Shown here piece after piece: positions 31,298 to 41,455 of a stretch of 64,000 nucleotides of DNA. The stretch lies in NCBI GenBank assembly GCA_963422645.2, contig CAXXVO010000017.1:160001-224000 (forward strand), written 5' to 3'. Origin of the DNA: Alphaproteobacteria bacterium (GTDB taxonomy: Bacteria; Pseudomonadota; Alphaproteobacteria; UBA828). The stretch's first letter is position 1. Every line of letters starts with the position of its first letter. The position numbers and the translations under genes were made by a program. The notes beneath the pieces were generated by a model, which was given only the letters and a program-made list of their open reading frames with translations, searched no databases and was not told where the DNA came from.

Positions 31298-33394
31298 TCA
31301 GGCGAGGGGCAGGAGTTCGGCGATCTCTCGGTTGAAGGGAACCTCGTCGCTGCTAACGGCGGGGCCGTCCAGCTCCTCCGCATAGCGCCGCCCCGCGTAG
31401 ACCGCGTGAGCGATGGTCGCCGGCGCGAGCGCGTCGCCGATGGTGGTGACCCTTTCGATGCCGGCGTCCTTCCAGTCCTCGCCGCGCGCCGCGAGCTCGC
31501 GGGAGAGGCGGTCTACCGGCTCCCGCGACGTGACCAGCACCACGGCGTCAGCTTCGATCTCCTCCGTGCGCCCGGTGAAGACGCAGGAGGCCGCGATGGA
31601 GCCTTCCGAGACGGCGTCGAGATTGGTGAAGCTCCGGATCGTCACGCCCTTCTCCAGGAGCCGTGCCTGGATGAAGTGCTGCTCCATCGTGTTCCGGGTC
31701 CAGGTCGAGGCTTCGGGTGCCGGTGTCAGGTAGGACGTCTGGCAACCCTCGTCGGCGAGCAGTTCCGCCAGCACGCCGCCCATGTAGTAGTGCTCGTCGT
31801 CCCAAACCACGACGCGCGCCCCATTCGCCGGCACAGTGCCTTCCATGATGTCGTCGGGAGTCAGCACCCGCGCGCTCGCCGCGATGGGCATGGGCCGCGC
31901 CCAGTGGTGGCCGACGCCGTCCGCCCGCCAGCGCGCGCCGGTGGCGACGACGACGCGAGGCACCCCGAATTCAAGCACGGAGTCCGCATCGAGGTCGGAA
32001 TCGAAGTAGACCTGTACGTTGGGCAGTTGGTGTAGCTGCTGCTCACGGTAGTCGCGAACCCGACCCCAGGCGGCGAGCCCCGGCAGCCGGCACTCTCGTG
32101 CGACGCGGCCGCCGAGTGCGGTGCCTTTCTCCGCGAGCGTCACCTCGTAGCCCCGCTTGCCGAGCGCCTGCGCTGCCTCGAGGCCCGCCGGCCCCGCGCC
32201 CACAACCAGGACGGGTTTCTCCGATTCCCGAGACCGGATGCGTTCAGGGTGCCAGCCCTTGCGCCACTCCTCGCTCATGGTGGGGTTCTGGGTGCAGCGG
32301 ATCGGCGACATGGTGAAGTCACCCGAGACGCAGATGTTGCAGCCGATGCACTCGCGAATGTCGTCGAGGCGGCCTTCCTCGATCTTCTTGGGCAGGAAGG
32401 GGTCGGCGATGGAGGGCCGCGCGCAGCCGATGAGATCGGCGATCCCCTTGTTGATGACCGACGCCATCCGGTCGGGCGAGGTGTAGCGCCCGACGACGAC
32501 CACCGGCTTGGTGGTGAGCGTCTTCACTCCCTGGACGAAGGGCTCCTGCCAGCCCTCGGCGCCGAAGCGCGAGGTCATGGAATCGTTGGGCCAGGCCGCC
32601 AGCGACAGGTCCCACAGGTCCGGCAGCTCGGCGACGAGGCCGATCAGCTCCTCCGCCTCCGCCTTCTCCAGGCCGTTCGCGCCGAGCAGCTCGTCGACGG
32701 CGATCCGGCAGGGCACGGCGCAGGTGTCGCCCACGGCATCCCTGGTGTCGCCGATGATCTCTTCGAGCAGGCGCACGCGGTTGCGCGCAGACCCGCCGTA
32801 CTCGTCGCTGCGCCGGTTGTGATGGCGGGAAAGGAAGTGGTGCAGGATGCTGAGCGCGTGCCCGGCGTAGACGTAGACGAGGTCGAACCCCGCCTGGCGC
32901 GCACGGAGCGCCGCCGCACGGTGCCAGCGGCGGAGGTCGCGGATGTCCTGCTTGTCCATCGCGCGGGCCTGTAGCGGCTCCCAGCCGGTGCCGGCGACCG
33001 GCATCGCCGAGGCCGCAAGCGGCACCTCCCGCGCGTAGTGGTTGGCGGCGTGCGGGCCGTTGTGGCAAAGCTCGATCCCCGCCAGCGCGCCGAACTCGTG
33101 AACCCGGTCCGCAATCCGTGCGAGCATCGGGATGTCGCGGTCGTCCCAGAGCCGGAGCTCGATGTAGGGGTTGACGTCCGACGTGGGGTGAATCTCCACC
33201 TCCTCGGTGCAGACCACGGCCCAGCCGCCCTCCGCCTTGACGCCGCGCATCCAGGCGAGCGCGGTGGGGTCGCGGTAGCCCATGCCGTTGCAGTGCGGCA
33301 CCTGGAAGAAGCGGTTCTTCGCGGTCACCGGGCCGATTGCGACCGGCTCGAAGAGCACGTCGAAGCGGGGGTCGCGCTGTGCGCCGCTGGTCAT
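31298..33394 (-). CDS. Trimethylamine/histamine dehydrogenase family flavo-iron-sulfur protein
   Basis: NRFFQVPHCNGMG (cysteinyl-FMN site), RSDEYGGS..NR, ECIGCNIC...C 4Fe-4S motif, GAGPAG. Confidence 0.88.
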   Translation of the reverse strand: MTSGAQRDPRFDVLFEPVAIGPVTAKNRFFQVPHCNGMGYRDPTALAWMRGVKAEGGWAVVCTEEVEIHPTSDVNPYIELRLWDDRDIPMLARIADRVHEFGALAGIELCHNGPHAANHYAREVPLAASAMPVAGTGWEPLQARAMDKQDIRDLRRWHRAAALRARQAGFDLVYVYAGHALSILHHFLSRHHNRRSDEYGGSARNRVRLLEEIIGDTRDAVGDTCAVPCRIAVDELLGANGLEKAEAEELIGLVAELPDLWDLSLAAWPNDSMTSRFGAEGWQEPFVQGVKTLTTKPVVVVGRYTSPDRMASVINKGIADLIGCARPSIADPFLPKKIEEGRLDDIRECIGCNICVSGDFTMSPIRCTQNPTMSEEWRKGWHPERIRSRESEKPVLVVGAGPAGLEAAQALGKRGYEVTLAEKGTALGGRVARECRLPGLAAWGRVRDYREQQLHQLPNVQVYFDSDLDADSVLEFGVPRVVVATGARWRADGVGHHWARPMPIAASARVLTPDDIMEGTVPANGARVVVWDDEHYYMGGVLAELLADEGCQTSYLTPAPEASTWTRNTMEQHFIQARLLEKGVTIRSFTNLDAVSEGSIAASCVFTGRTEEIEADAVVLVTSREPVDRLSRELAARGEDWKDAGIERVTTIGDALAPATIAHAVYAGRRYAEELDGPAVSSDEVPFNREIAELLPLA

Positions 33395-33479
33395 CCTCAA
33401 CCTCCGTCAGTCGCCGGGGCGCAGCTTACGCGATCGCGGCCCCTGCCGCTGAGCCCATCGGGCTCTTGAGAGACGCGGG

Positions 33480-34728
33480 CTACACCTCTGCCGCGGCGAG
33501 CAGAGACGCGTTGCCACCCGCCGCCGTGGTGTCAACGCAGAGGTGGCGCTCCAGCACATGGTGTTCGGGCGCGTCAGGCTCCGTGATCAGCGGCAGGATC
33601 GGACCGGGGCGACGAGCGAGCGCAACACGCATTGCCGCCAGCGCATCGCGATCCGCGACGCAGGCGACGGCGGCGATGCCGGGCAGGGTGAAGAGCGCGC
33701 CCGGCGCGACCTGACCGTCGAGCACGACCACGAGGGGATCGGTCGCGTGAGCGGTGAGCGCCGCGCTCGCACCGTCGGCGAGCGCCACCACGGCGTTTCC
33801 CGCTTCGCGGGCCGCCGCGACCTGCGCGCGCACCGCCTCGGCGCCGGGGCCGAGGCAGAGCACCACGCCACGGGGCACGAACGAGAGCCGGTTGGATTCG
33901 CCCGTCGGGCCGGGGAGGTCCAGCGGTGCGAAGCGGCCGTCGTCTCCACGGTGCGTCCCTGCCGGGAGGGCGCGTTCGGCGTCGGCGATGGCGGCATCGA
34001 GCAACGCCTCGTTGATCACCGCGCCCGAAGGCCGGCCTCCGGCCGGGGCGGTCCCGCCCGTGAGACGACCTACGTAGTGCGGGCCTCCCGCCTTCGGCCC
34101 GGTGCCGCTAAGGCCTTCGCCGCCGAAGGGCTGCGAGCCCACCACCGCGCCGATCTGGTTGCGATTGACGTAGATGTTGCCCGCGCGCACGCGATCCACG
34201 ATGTGCTGCACGCGGTCGTCGATGCGGGTGTGCAGGCCGAAGGTGAGCCCGTAGCCGGCCCCGTTGACGGCATCGACGACGGCGTCGATCTCGTCGGCGC
34301 CGAAGCTCGCGACGTGCAGCACCGGCCCGAAGATTTCCTCGTCGAGCGCCTCGATGCCGGTGACCCTGAGCAGTGTCGGCGGCACGAAGGTGCCGTCCCC
34401 CGGCGCCGCGAGCCGCTTGAGCAGGCGTCCTTCCCGCTCGGCCTCCACGCAGTGCGCCTCGATGCGGTCCCGCGCGTCCGTGTCGATGACTGGGCCTATG
34501 TCGGTGACGAGGTCCCAGGGGTCGCCGATGTGAAGCGCGTCCATGGCGCCGAACAGCATCTCCAGAATCCGCTCCTCGACCTCGCGCTGGATATAGAGGA
34601 CGCGCAGCGCCGAGCAGCGCTGGCCGGCACTCTGGAACGCGGAGGCGACGATATCGCGCACCGCCTGCTCGGGCAGCGCGGTGGAATCGACGATCATCGC
34701 GTTGAGCCCGCCGGTCTCCGCGATCAAC
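33480..34728 (-). pseudogene. putA: 3' part of bifunctional proline dehydrogenase/P5C dehydrogenase, truncated by IS21
   Basis: IAETGGLNAM, SAFQSAGQRCSALR, QPFGGEGLSGTGPKAGGP, DTTAAGGNASL; PRODH domain absent. Confidence 0.9.
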
Positions 34729-34930
34729 TGTCAATCGGCTTTCAATACTGACCCCCGATCGGCGTGCAAAATTGACCCCCCTGAGTGGCACGGCGGAGGT
34801 TGTCCCGGTAGCCAATAGGGGGGACCCGCGCGGCTTCGTGTGGCGCCCTGCGCTACGCGGAGCGAAGCCGCGTGGGGGGTCCCTGTTGGCCCACCGGGGC
34901 AACCGGGCCGCAAGGGAGGCCGGCGGCGGG

Positions 34931-35659
34931 TCAGGAGCGGTTCTTGAAGCGCCAGCTCTCGTTGCCGGTCTCGATGATCTCGCAATGATGGGTGAGGCGA
35001 TCGAGCAGCGCTGTGGTCATCTTGGGGTCGCCGAAGACGGATGGCCATTCGCCGAAGGCGAGGTTTGTGGTGATGACGATCGAGGTGCGCTCGTAGAGCC
35101 GGCTCATCAGATGGAAGAGCAGCTGCCCACCGGCCTGGGCGAAGGGCAGGTAGCCGAGCTCGTCGAGGATGACGAAGTCGCGGCGGACGAGCTGGTCTGC
35201 AGTGCGGCCCTGGCGTCCGGCGCGAAGCTCGGCCTCGAGGAGGTTGACCAGGTCGACGACGTTGTAGCACCGGCCGCGCGCGCCCTTGCGGATGCAGGAC
35301 CGCGCGATGGCGACGGCGAGATGGGTCTTGCCGGTACCGGTGCCGCCGACCAGCACGATGTTGCGTTTGCCCTCGAGGAAGCCGCCGCCGGCGAGCTCCT
35401 GGATCAGGGGCTCGTTGACCGGCGAGGCGGCGAAGTCGAAGTCGGCCAGCTCCTTGACCGTCGGCAGCTTGGCGGAGGCCATCTGGTACTTGATCGAGCG
35501 GGCCCTCTTGTCGGCGATCTCGACCTGCAGCAGCGTACCGATGATCTGTTGCACCGGATGGCGGCGCTTGAGCCCGTCGGCAAGGATGTCGTCGTAAGCG
35601 GCGCGCATACCTGCGAGCTTCAGCTGGGTCATCATCTCCAGCACATCATGACGCTCCAT
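34931..35659 (-). CDS. istB: IS21 helper ATPase
   Basis: [33 protein letters not shown]. Confidence 0.95.
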   Translation of the reverse strand: MERHDVLEMMTQLKLAGMRAAYDDILADGLKRRHPVQQIIGTLLQVEIADKRARSIKYQMASAKLPTVKELADFDFAASPVNEPLIQELAGGGFLEGKRNIVLVGGTGTGKTHLAVAIARSCIRKGARGRCYNVVDLVNLLEAELRAGRQGRTADQLVRRDFVILDELGYLPFAQAGGQLLFHLMSRLYERTSIVITTNLAFGEWPSVFGDPKMTTALLDRLTHHCEIIETGNESWRFKNRS

Positions 35660-37160
35660 GACCGGCCTCCCTCAGGCTGTCGTAGCGCTGACAGTCGGCT
35701 ACCGGCTTGTGGCGAAGCTGCAGGCCCTCGGGCGTCGGGATGATTGCCGGCGGTGCCGGCTGGCGCTGCCGGGCGAGGATGTTGAGCACCACGTCGGCGC
35801 TGCAGGCACCGCAGTCGAGCGTCTCGGCACAGGCCGCCTCAACCGCCTCCAGTCCGTCCTCCAGCACCGCCGCGAGCACCTTGACGAACTGCCGGTCGCC
35901 GTCGTCGTGGCCCGCGAGCCGGGTTCGCAGGCGGCCGAGCGCGTTGGGCAACTGCCAGTCCTTGAAGGGCGCGCCATTGCGTAGCGCGCCGGGCTTCCGC
36001 GTCAGGATCGGCACGTAATGCCACGGATCGTAGACGAACCGGCCGCGCCCGAAGCTGCGGGGGTGCTCGGCAACGGTCTCGCCGTCCTGGCGGATGACGA
36101 TCCGATCGGCATAGGCCCGCACGTCCACCGGCCGGCCGACGGCGCGGGCCGCGACGCTGTACTGGTTGTTGTCGAAGCGCACCAGACAGGTCTTCGAGAC
36201 CGACACCTCGCTGGCATGGAAGCCGTCGAAGGGGCCGCGATACGCCATCAGGAAGGGCTGCTCCTCCTCGAACACCTGCCACACCGTCTTGCCCGGGATT
36301 GTCGGATGCGGATGCTTCTTGGCGTCCTCGATGCACCGATCCATCAGCCACTCGTTGATCTCGGCGTAGGAGCGGCCCCGCGGGATGGGCACGAACAGGC
36401 GGCCGCGAAGGTCACCCACCTGCTTCTCGACCTGCCCCTTCTCCCAGCCAGCCCCTGGCGTGCACGCCACAGGCTCCACCAGATGGTGCGAGCACAGCTC
36501 CTGGAAGCGGCGGTTGTAGTCCCGCTTCTTGCCCACGAAGATCGTGCTCACCGCCGTCTTCATGTTGTCGTAGATGCCCCGCCGGCAGACCCCGCCGAAG
36601 AAGCGGAAGGCACGCTCGTGCGCCTCGAAGACCATCTCCTGGCTCTCGCGGGGAAAGATCTGGACCAGATACATCCGGCTGTGGCACAGCCGCATGTGCG
36701 CCGCCTTCACCCTGGTCGTCGCGCCCGACAGACGCGCGTACTCGTGGCTCCAGTCGAACTGGTAGGCCTCGCCGGGATCGAAGATCAGCGGCACATAGGC
36801 CTGCGCCGGCGACAACAGCCGCCACCGGCGCCGCCAGGCCCTGGCATAGCGGCGAACCGCGTCATAGCCGCCCTTGTAGCCCAGCGACACAAGGTCTTCA
36901 TGAATCCGCAGAAGAGACAGCCGATCCTTGCGTGCCTTCTTCTCGTTGGCCTTCAGCTGGCGCTCAAGCTCCTCCACCCACAGCCCAAGCTTCGGCATCG
37001 GCTGGATCTTGCGCTCGTAGCTGTGCGAGGTCGCATCGCCCCGCACCACCTTGCGTATCGTGTTCTTGGAAACCCTCAAATCCCGGGCGAGCTTCTTGAT
37101 CGGAACGCCCTTCACCAGATGATCCCGACGGATCTTCGCGATCGTTTCCACAACCAGCAT
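35646..37160 (-). CDS. istA: IS21 transposase
   Basis: [26 protein letters not shown] motifs. Confidence 0.95.
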   Translation of the reverse strand: MLVVETIAKIRRDHLVKGVPIKKLARDLRVSKNTIRKVVRGDATSHSYERKIQPMPKLGLWVEELERQLKANEKKARKDRLSLLRIHEDLVSLGYKGGYDAVRRYARAWRRRWRLLSPAQAYVPLIFDPGEAYQFDWSHEYARLSGATTRVKAAHMRLCHSRMYLVQIFPRESQEMVFEAHERAFRFFGGVCRRGIYDNMKTAVSTIFVGKKRDYNRRFQELCSHHLVEPVACTPGAGWEKGQVEKQVGDLRGRLFVPIPRGRSYAEINEWLMDRCIEDAKKHPHPTIPGKTVWQVFEEEQPFLMAYRGPFDGFHASEVSVSKTCLVRFDNNQYSVAARAVGRPVDVRAYADRIVIRQDGETVAEHPRSFGRGRFVYDPWHYVPILTRKPGALRNGAPFKDWQLPNALGRLRTRLAGHDDGDRQFVKVLAAVLEDGLEAVEAACAETLDCGACSADVVLNILARQRQPAPPAIIPTPEGLQLRHKPVADCQRYDSLREAGHGAS

Positions 37161-37279
37161 CTCCCCCACCACCCCGTCCGTCCAAACGACGAGGTGTGTT
37201 CATGGACACAAATCCAAGGGGGTCAATTTTGGACGCCGATCACCCCCAATAGGGGGTCACTTTTCCACGCTTAACAACA

Positions 37280-37358
37280 CATAGTCTACGACATCGACGG
37301 GGCCTCGGAATCCGCGCGGCTCGTGTCACCTAAAATCAGCAGAGGTCAGGAAGTCTGA
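37280..37358 (+). mobile_element. 79-bp right-end remnant of the unclassified IS seen at 13615-16128
   Basis: Same sequence as 16050-16128, ending GAGGTCAGGAAGTCTGA. Confidence 0.9.
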
Positions 37359-37818
37359 GTCTATGGCGCTGCACAAGTCGGGACACAGTCGCTCGGCCGC
37401 TAAGCCGTTCAAGCAAGCTGTCACCCTGGGCAGCGCCTGGGGATTCCACGGGTCCTTTACAGAAGAAGGCAAATCTCTGGCTGCAGCGATACAGGTGATC
37501 GTTCGAACCACCGGGATCGGCGATATGAGCGAGGCGGAGGTTGACTTCGTCGCCCGATTGTTGTCTGAACAGTGCGTCGGAGAACATGGAGAGCCACCGC
37601 ATATTCTCAGTTCACGCGAGCTGGAAGTCGTGGAACAACTCGCGCAAGGCCACTCGAACAAACGCATCGCCCGGCATCTCGGCCTTTCGGAGCCGACCGT
37701 GAAATTTCACTTGAAGAACATCTATACCAAGCTCGGCGTAAACAAGCGGGCCCTCGCCGTCTCCGTAGCCCGCCGGCACGGGCTGGGTAAACTGCCGGAA
37801 GTGCCGCACCTGTCGTAG
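37359..37818 (+). pseudogene. C-terminal fragment of a MalT-like LuxR regulator
   Basis: LSSRELEV..LAQGHSNKRIA..L.LSEPTVKFHLKNIYTKLGV; begins directly at an IS end. Confidence 0.75.
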
Positions 37819-37997
37819 AAACAATCAGACAAGGCCGATGGACGATGGCCCGGCCGGTCGGCGCGGGGACCCGGGTCGTTGTCCGGCGCGAAGACCTATC
37901 CGAACGAGTCGTGGACCTATCCATCTCGCCGACTGACACGCGACCGGCGCGCTGCCTAGAGTCGAGTATCGGCTTTCCTGGACCGGACGGCACACGG

Positions 37998-38141
37998 CCA
38001 ATCGGCGCTGATGACGGCGGAACGAATACGGATGCGACGGTCCTAGACGAATCGAACTGCCGGCCGGATGAAATCGCTAGTGTGATGATCGAGACGATGC
38101 ACTTTGTCGACGCGTTTGACGAAGGGCCTCTCACCCAGTAA
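37998..38141 (+). pseudogene. Degenerate relic of a hydantoinase/oxoprolinase N-terminus
   Basis: IGADDGGTNTDATVLD...PDEIASVMIETMHFVDA versus IGVDVGGTNTDAVVMD...PETISGVMIGTTQFTNA in the next gene. Confidence 0.6.
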
Positions 38142-38169
38142 GCGGCGGCACGAAGCGCAGGAGACGGGC

Positions 38170-39714
38170 ATGAGAATTGGCGTCGATGTCGGCGGCACGA
38201 ACACCGACGCGGTGGTGATGGACGGGGCCACGGTGCTCGCCTCGATCAAGGCGCCGACCACCGCCGACGTGGGTGCGGGTGTGGTGGCCGCAATCGAAGG
38301 TGTGCTCGCCCGATCGAAGGTCGCGCCGGAAACGATTAGCGGGGTGATGATCGGCACCACCCAGTTCACCAACGCCATCGTCGAGCGCCGGCGCCTGGTG
38401 CCGGTGGCCATCGTGCGCCTCGCGCTGCCGGCGACCGAGAGCCTCAACCCCCTGATCGACTGGCCCCGCGACCTGGTGGATACCATCGGCCGCAACGTCT
38501 ACATGGCTGAAGGCGGCTACGAAGTCGACGGGCGCGAGATCTCGCCGCTCGACGAGGTCGAAATCGCCCGCATCGCGCGCGACATCGCCGCCAAGGGCCT
38601 TGAGTCGATCGCGGTCTCCTCGGTCTTCGCGCCGCTGAACAGCGCGCAGGAGGATCGCGCCGCCGAGATCATTCGCGCCGAGCACCCGCAAGCGCAGATC
38701 ACACTTTCCAACGAGATCGGCCGGGTCGGGCTGATCGAGCGCGAGAACGCGGCGGTAATGAACGCAGCCCTGGTCCAGCTCTCCGCCAAGGTGGTGGGCT
38801 CCTTCCACGAGGCGCTGAAGGAACTCAAGATCGACGCGCCCTTCTTCATCAGCCAGAACGACGGCACGTTGATGAGCGCGGCCTACGTCGAGCGCTATCC
38901 GGTGCTGACCTTCGCCTCAGGCCCCACCAACAGCATGCGGGGCGCGGCCTTCCTCTCTGACCAGGAGAATGCCGTGGTGGTGGATATCGGCGGCACCACC
39001 ACCGATGTCGGCGTGCTGGCCCGGGGTTTCCCGCGGGAATCGGCAGTTGCCGTCGATGTCGGCGGGGTGCGTACGAACTTCCGCATGCCCGACGTGCTGG
39101 CAATCGGGCTCGGCGGAGGCAGCCTGGTGCGGGGCGACGACGCGGTGACCGTCGGCCCCGACTCGGTCGGCTTCGAGCTTACGGAGAAAGCGCTGGTTTT
39201 CGGCGGGGACACCCTGACGGCCACCGATATCGCCGTCGCCTCAGGTCTCGCCGAAATCGGAGACCGCGGGGCGGTCGCCGGGCTCGATGATGCGGCAGTG
39301 GCACGCGCGCTCGACAAGATCCATGCCATGGTGGAAGACGCGATCGACCGCATGAAGACCAGCGCAGACCCGGTGCCCGCAATCCTGGTCGGCGGCGGCA
39401 GCATCTTGATCGATCGCGACCTCGCCGGCGTCTCGACGCTGAGCGTGCCTGAGCACTCGGCGGTCGCGAACGCCATCGGCGGCGCCATCGCTCAGGTGGG
39501 CGGCGAGGTGGACCGTGTCTTCTCCTACGAGCAGGAGGGGCGCGAGAACGCCATCGCGCAGGCCAAGGACGAGGCGCAGGCGAAGGCGGTGGATGCCGGC
39601 GCCGATCCCGCCAGCATCGAGATCATCGAGGTCGAGGAGATCCCCCTCGCCTACCTGCCGGGCGCCGCCTGCCGGGTCCGGGTCAAGGCGGTGGGCGATC
39701 TCGCCGAAGGTTGA
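38170..39714 (+). CDS. Hydantoinase/oxoprolinase family protein
   Basis: IGVDVGGTNTD, SGPTNS.RGA, DIGGTTTD, IGLGGGS, ANAIG. Confidence 0.9.
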   Translation: MRIGVDVGGTNTDAVVMDGATVLASIKAPTTADVGAGVVAAIEGVLARSKVAPETISGVMIGTTQFTNAIVERRRLVPVAIVRLALPATESLNPLIDWPRDLVDTIGRNVYMAEGGYEVDGREISPLDEVEIARIARDIAAKGLESIAVSSVFAPLNSAQEDRAAEIIRAEHPQAQITLSNEIGRVGLIERENAAVMNAALVQLSAKVVGSFHEALKELKIDAPFFISQNDGTLMSAAYVERYPVLTFASGPTNSMRGAAFLSDQENAVVVDIGGTTTDVGVLARGFPRESAVAVDVGGVRTNFRMPDVLAIGLGGGSLVRGDDAVTVGPDSVGFELTEKALVFGGDTLTATDIAVASGLAEIGDRGAVAGLDDAAVARALDKIHAMVEDAIDRMKTSADPVPAILVGGGSILIDRDLAGVSTLSVPEHSAVANAIGGAIAQVGGEVDRVFSYEQEGRENAIAQAKDEAQAKAVDAGADPASIEIIEVEEIPLAYLPGAACRVRVKAVGDLAEG

Positions 39715-39739
39715 GCGGCAAGCAAGCAGGAGCGATAGC

Positions 39740-40849
39740 ATGAACATGCCAACGATGAAAATGCACCTCGACCTGCTGCCCGATTTCCTGCGCGGCACCG
39801 CCTTTCTCGGCACTGGCGGCGGCGGCGATCCCTATGTCGGCGGGCTGATCCTGCGCCAGAAGCTGGAGGAAGGCGCCGACATCACGATCAAGGACCCGAT
39901 GGAGCTCGACGACGACGACTTCGTCGTCTCGGTCGCCAACATGGGCGCGCCGACCGTGATGGTCGAGAAGATCCCGAGCGCGCACGCCATGGTGGAGTGC
40001 CTGCGCTCGATCGAGCACGAGCTGGGCCGCACGGCCACCGCCCTGATCGCCGCCGAGGCCGGCGGCATCAACGGCACGCTGCCCATGGTGATCGGCGCCA
40101 TGACCGGGCTCCCGGTGGTGGACGGCGACGGCATGGGGCGCGCCTTCCCCGAGCTACAGATGTGCACCTTCGGCGTCTACGGTGTGCCTGCGTCTCCCAT
40201 CGTGCTGCGCGACGAGCACGGCAACGAGGTCATCGTGCGCGCCCGCAGCAATCTCGAATCCGAGTGGTTCGCACGGGTGGTGTGCACCCGCATGGGCACA
40301 AAGTCGGAGATCGCGCTCTACGCCATGTCGGGCAAGGAGGCGAAGGAGACCGGCGTGCTCTACACCACGACGCTCGCCATGGAGATCGGCCGCTCCATCC
40401 GCGAGGCGCGCGAGACCCAGAGCGACCCCTTCGCCGGGCTCCAGCACTACTTCCAGACCTCCCGCGACAAGCGCTTCTGCGCGGTGCTCTTCGAGGGCAA
40501 GGTGGTGGACCTCCTGCGCGAGACAACCAGCGGCTGGGCCATCGGGCGGGTGATCTTCGAGGGCATCGGCACGAACACGGGGCAGCAATTAGAGGTACGC
40601 TTCCAGAACGAATTTCTGGTCGCTCAACAGGGCGAGCGCACGCTCGGCATGGTGCCGGACCTGATCTGCATCCTCGATCAGGAGAACGCGGAGCCGATCA
40701 CCACCGAGGGGCTCAAGTACGGCCAGCGGGTGCGCGTGGTGGGGGTCAGTGTGCCGCCGGTGATGCGCACGCCCGAGGCGCTCGAGGTGTTCGGCCCCAA
40801 GTATTTCGGGATCGCCGACGTCTACACGCCAATCGAAGAGCTGGTCTGA
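39740..40849 (+). CDS. DUF917 family protein
   Basis: LGTGGGGDP, MGAPTV..EK, E.GG.N, DGDGMGRAFPELQM, FQNE, PDLI. Confidence 0.88.
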   Translation: MNMPTMKMHLDLLPDFLRGTAFLGTGGGGDPYVGGLILRQKLEEGADITIKDPMELDDDDFVVSVANMGAPTVMVEKIPSAHAMVECLRSIEHELGRTATALIAAEAGGINGTLPMVIGAMTGLPVVDGDGMGRAFPELQMCTFGVYGVPASPIVLRDEHGNEVIVRARSNLESEWFARVVCTRMGTKSEIALYAMSGKEAKETGVLYTTTLAMEIGRSIREARETQSDPFAGLQHYFQTSRDKRFCAVLFEGKVVDLLRETTSGWAIGRVIFEGIGTNTGQQLEVRFQNEFLVAQQGERTLGMVPDLICILDQENAEPITTEGLKYGQRVRVVGVSVPPVMRTPEALEVFGPKYFGIADVYTPIEELV

Positions 40850-41174
40850 GCGCCGCGCGGCCGAACTTCGACCCGCACCTAAAACACCTCTCCCTGTCCC
40901 ATATGTCCGCTACGATCATAGCATACTGTAATTGCAGCCACTTTGAATTGTCAGGCGCTATCTCGCAAGCGTATCGTCAGCGGATTCATTGCAACGCTTG
41001 CGCTTTCCTGCGCGGCTTCGTCGCTGCCGGCCTGCGTATTCGTTCGGTATCCGTAAGCGTTCGTTCAGGCCGTGGAAGGGTACGCCGGCATTGTGTCCGC
41101 TCAAACGCATTCCCGACCGCGACCGCTGAGACTCTAGCGATTGAGGGGTAACCATCCGGCGTAGGCCGCCTGTA

Positions 41175-41184
41175 TGTTGTTAAG
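41175..41184 (+). repeat. Tip of an IS21-type terminal repeat, continued at 42893-42913
   Basis: TGTTGTTAAG + CGTGGAAGATTGACCCCTGAT resembles the IS21 tip TGTTGTTAAGCGTGGAAAAGTGACCCCCTAT (reverse complement ending at 37279). Confidence 0.75.
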
Positions 41185-41229
41185 CTTCCACCGGCGCGGC
41201 GCTCCGGCTCGGTCGCGGGAGTAACGGGG

Positions 41230-41445
41230 GCTTGTGTCTGCGACGCCTCGGTCGTGAACTGGCGGCGGGTGGGGTGAAGAGGCCGTTCGTGCACTGGCGT
41301 GCTGTAGCGGCACCCGCTGTTAAGCTTGGCCCGAACCATTTTGTCGGCTCCGGTCACTGATGGCGCGGGTTTCCCGCGACCTCGTTCAAGAGAATGGGAC
41401 TTCGACCATGGTTCCTCCCCGCTCGCGACGGAGATGAAAGGCGGG
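41230..41445 (+). ncRNA. Putative bridge/seek RNA of IS110 element A (boundaries approximate)
   Basis: Two parallel CACTG-hairpin-guide modules; TGTTAAGC (41318-41325) equals target, TCAAGAG (41386-41392) equals own right end. Confidence 0.65.
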
Positions 41446-41455
41446 AGGATGTTCC

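Larger units (their letters stand above)
34729..37279 (-). mobile_element. IS21-family element, copy 1 (2551 bp)
   Basis: TG...CA ends with repeated TGACCCC motifs; istA-istB; matches 56002-58552; no TSD. Confidence 0.95.

Noticed and set aside
41143-41174. Alternative left end for IS110-A at GAG|GGGTAACCATCC
   Set aside because: The boundary at 41185 restores a TG-starting IS21 tip with a 17-nt exact match and fits the internal TGTTAAGC segment; this one does neither as well.
40850-41174. Possible ncRNA or small ORF in lower-GC intergenic DNA
   Set aside because: No recognisable family, strong hairpin or RBS-ORF; probably an orphaned upstream region.
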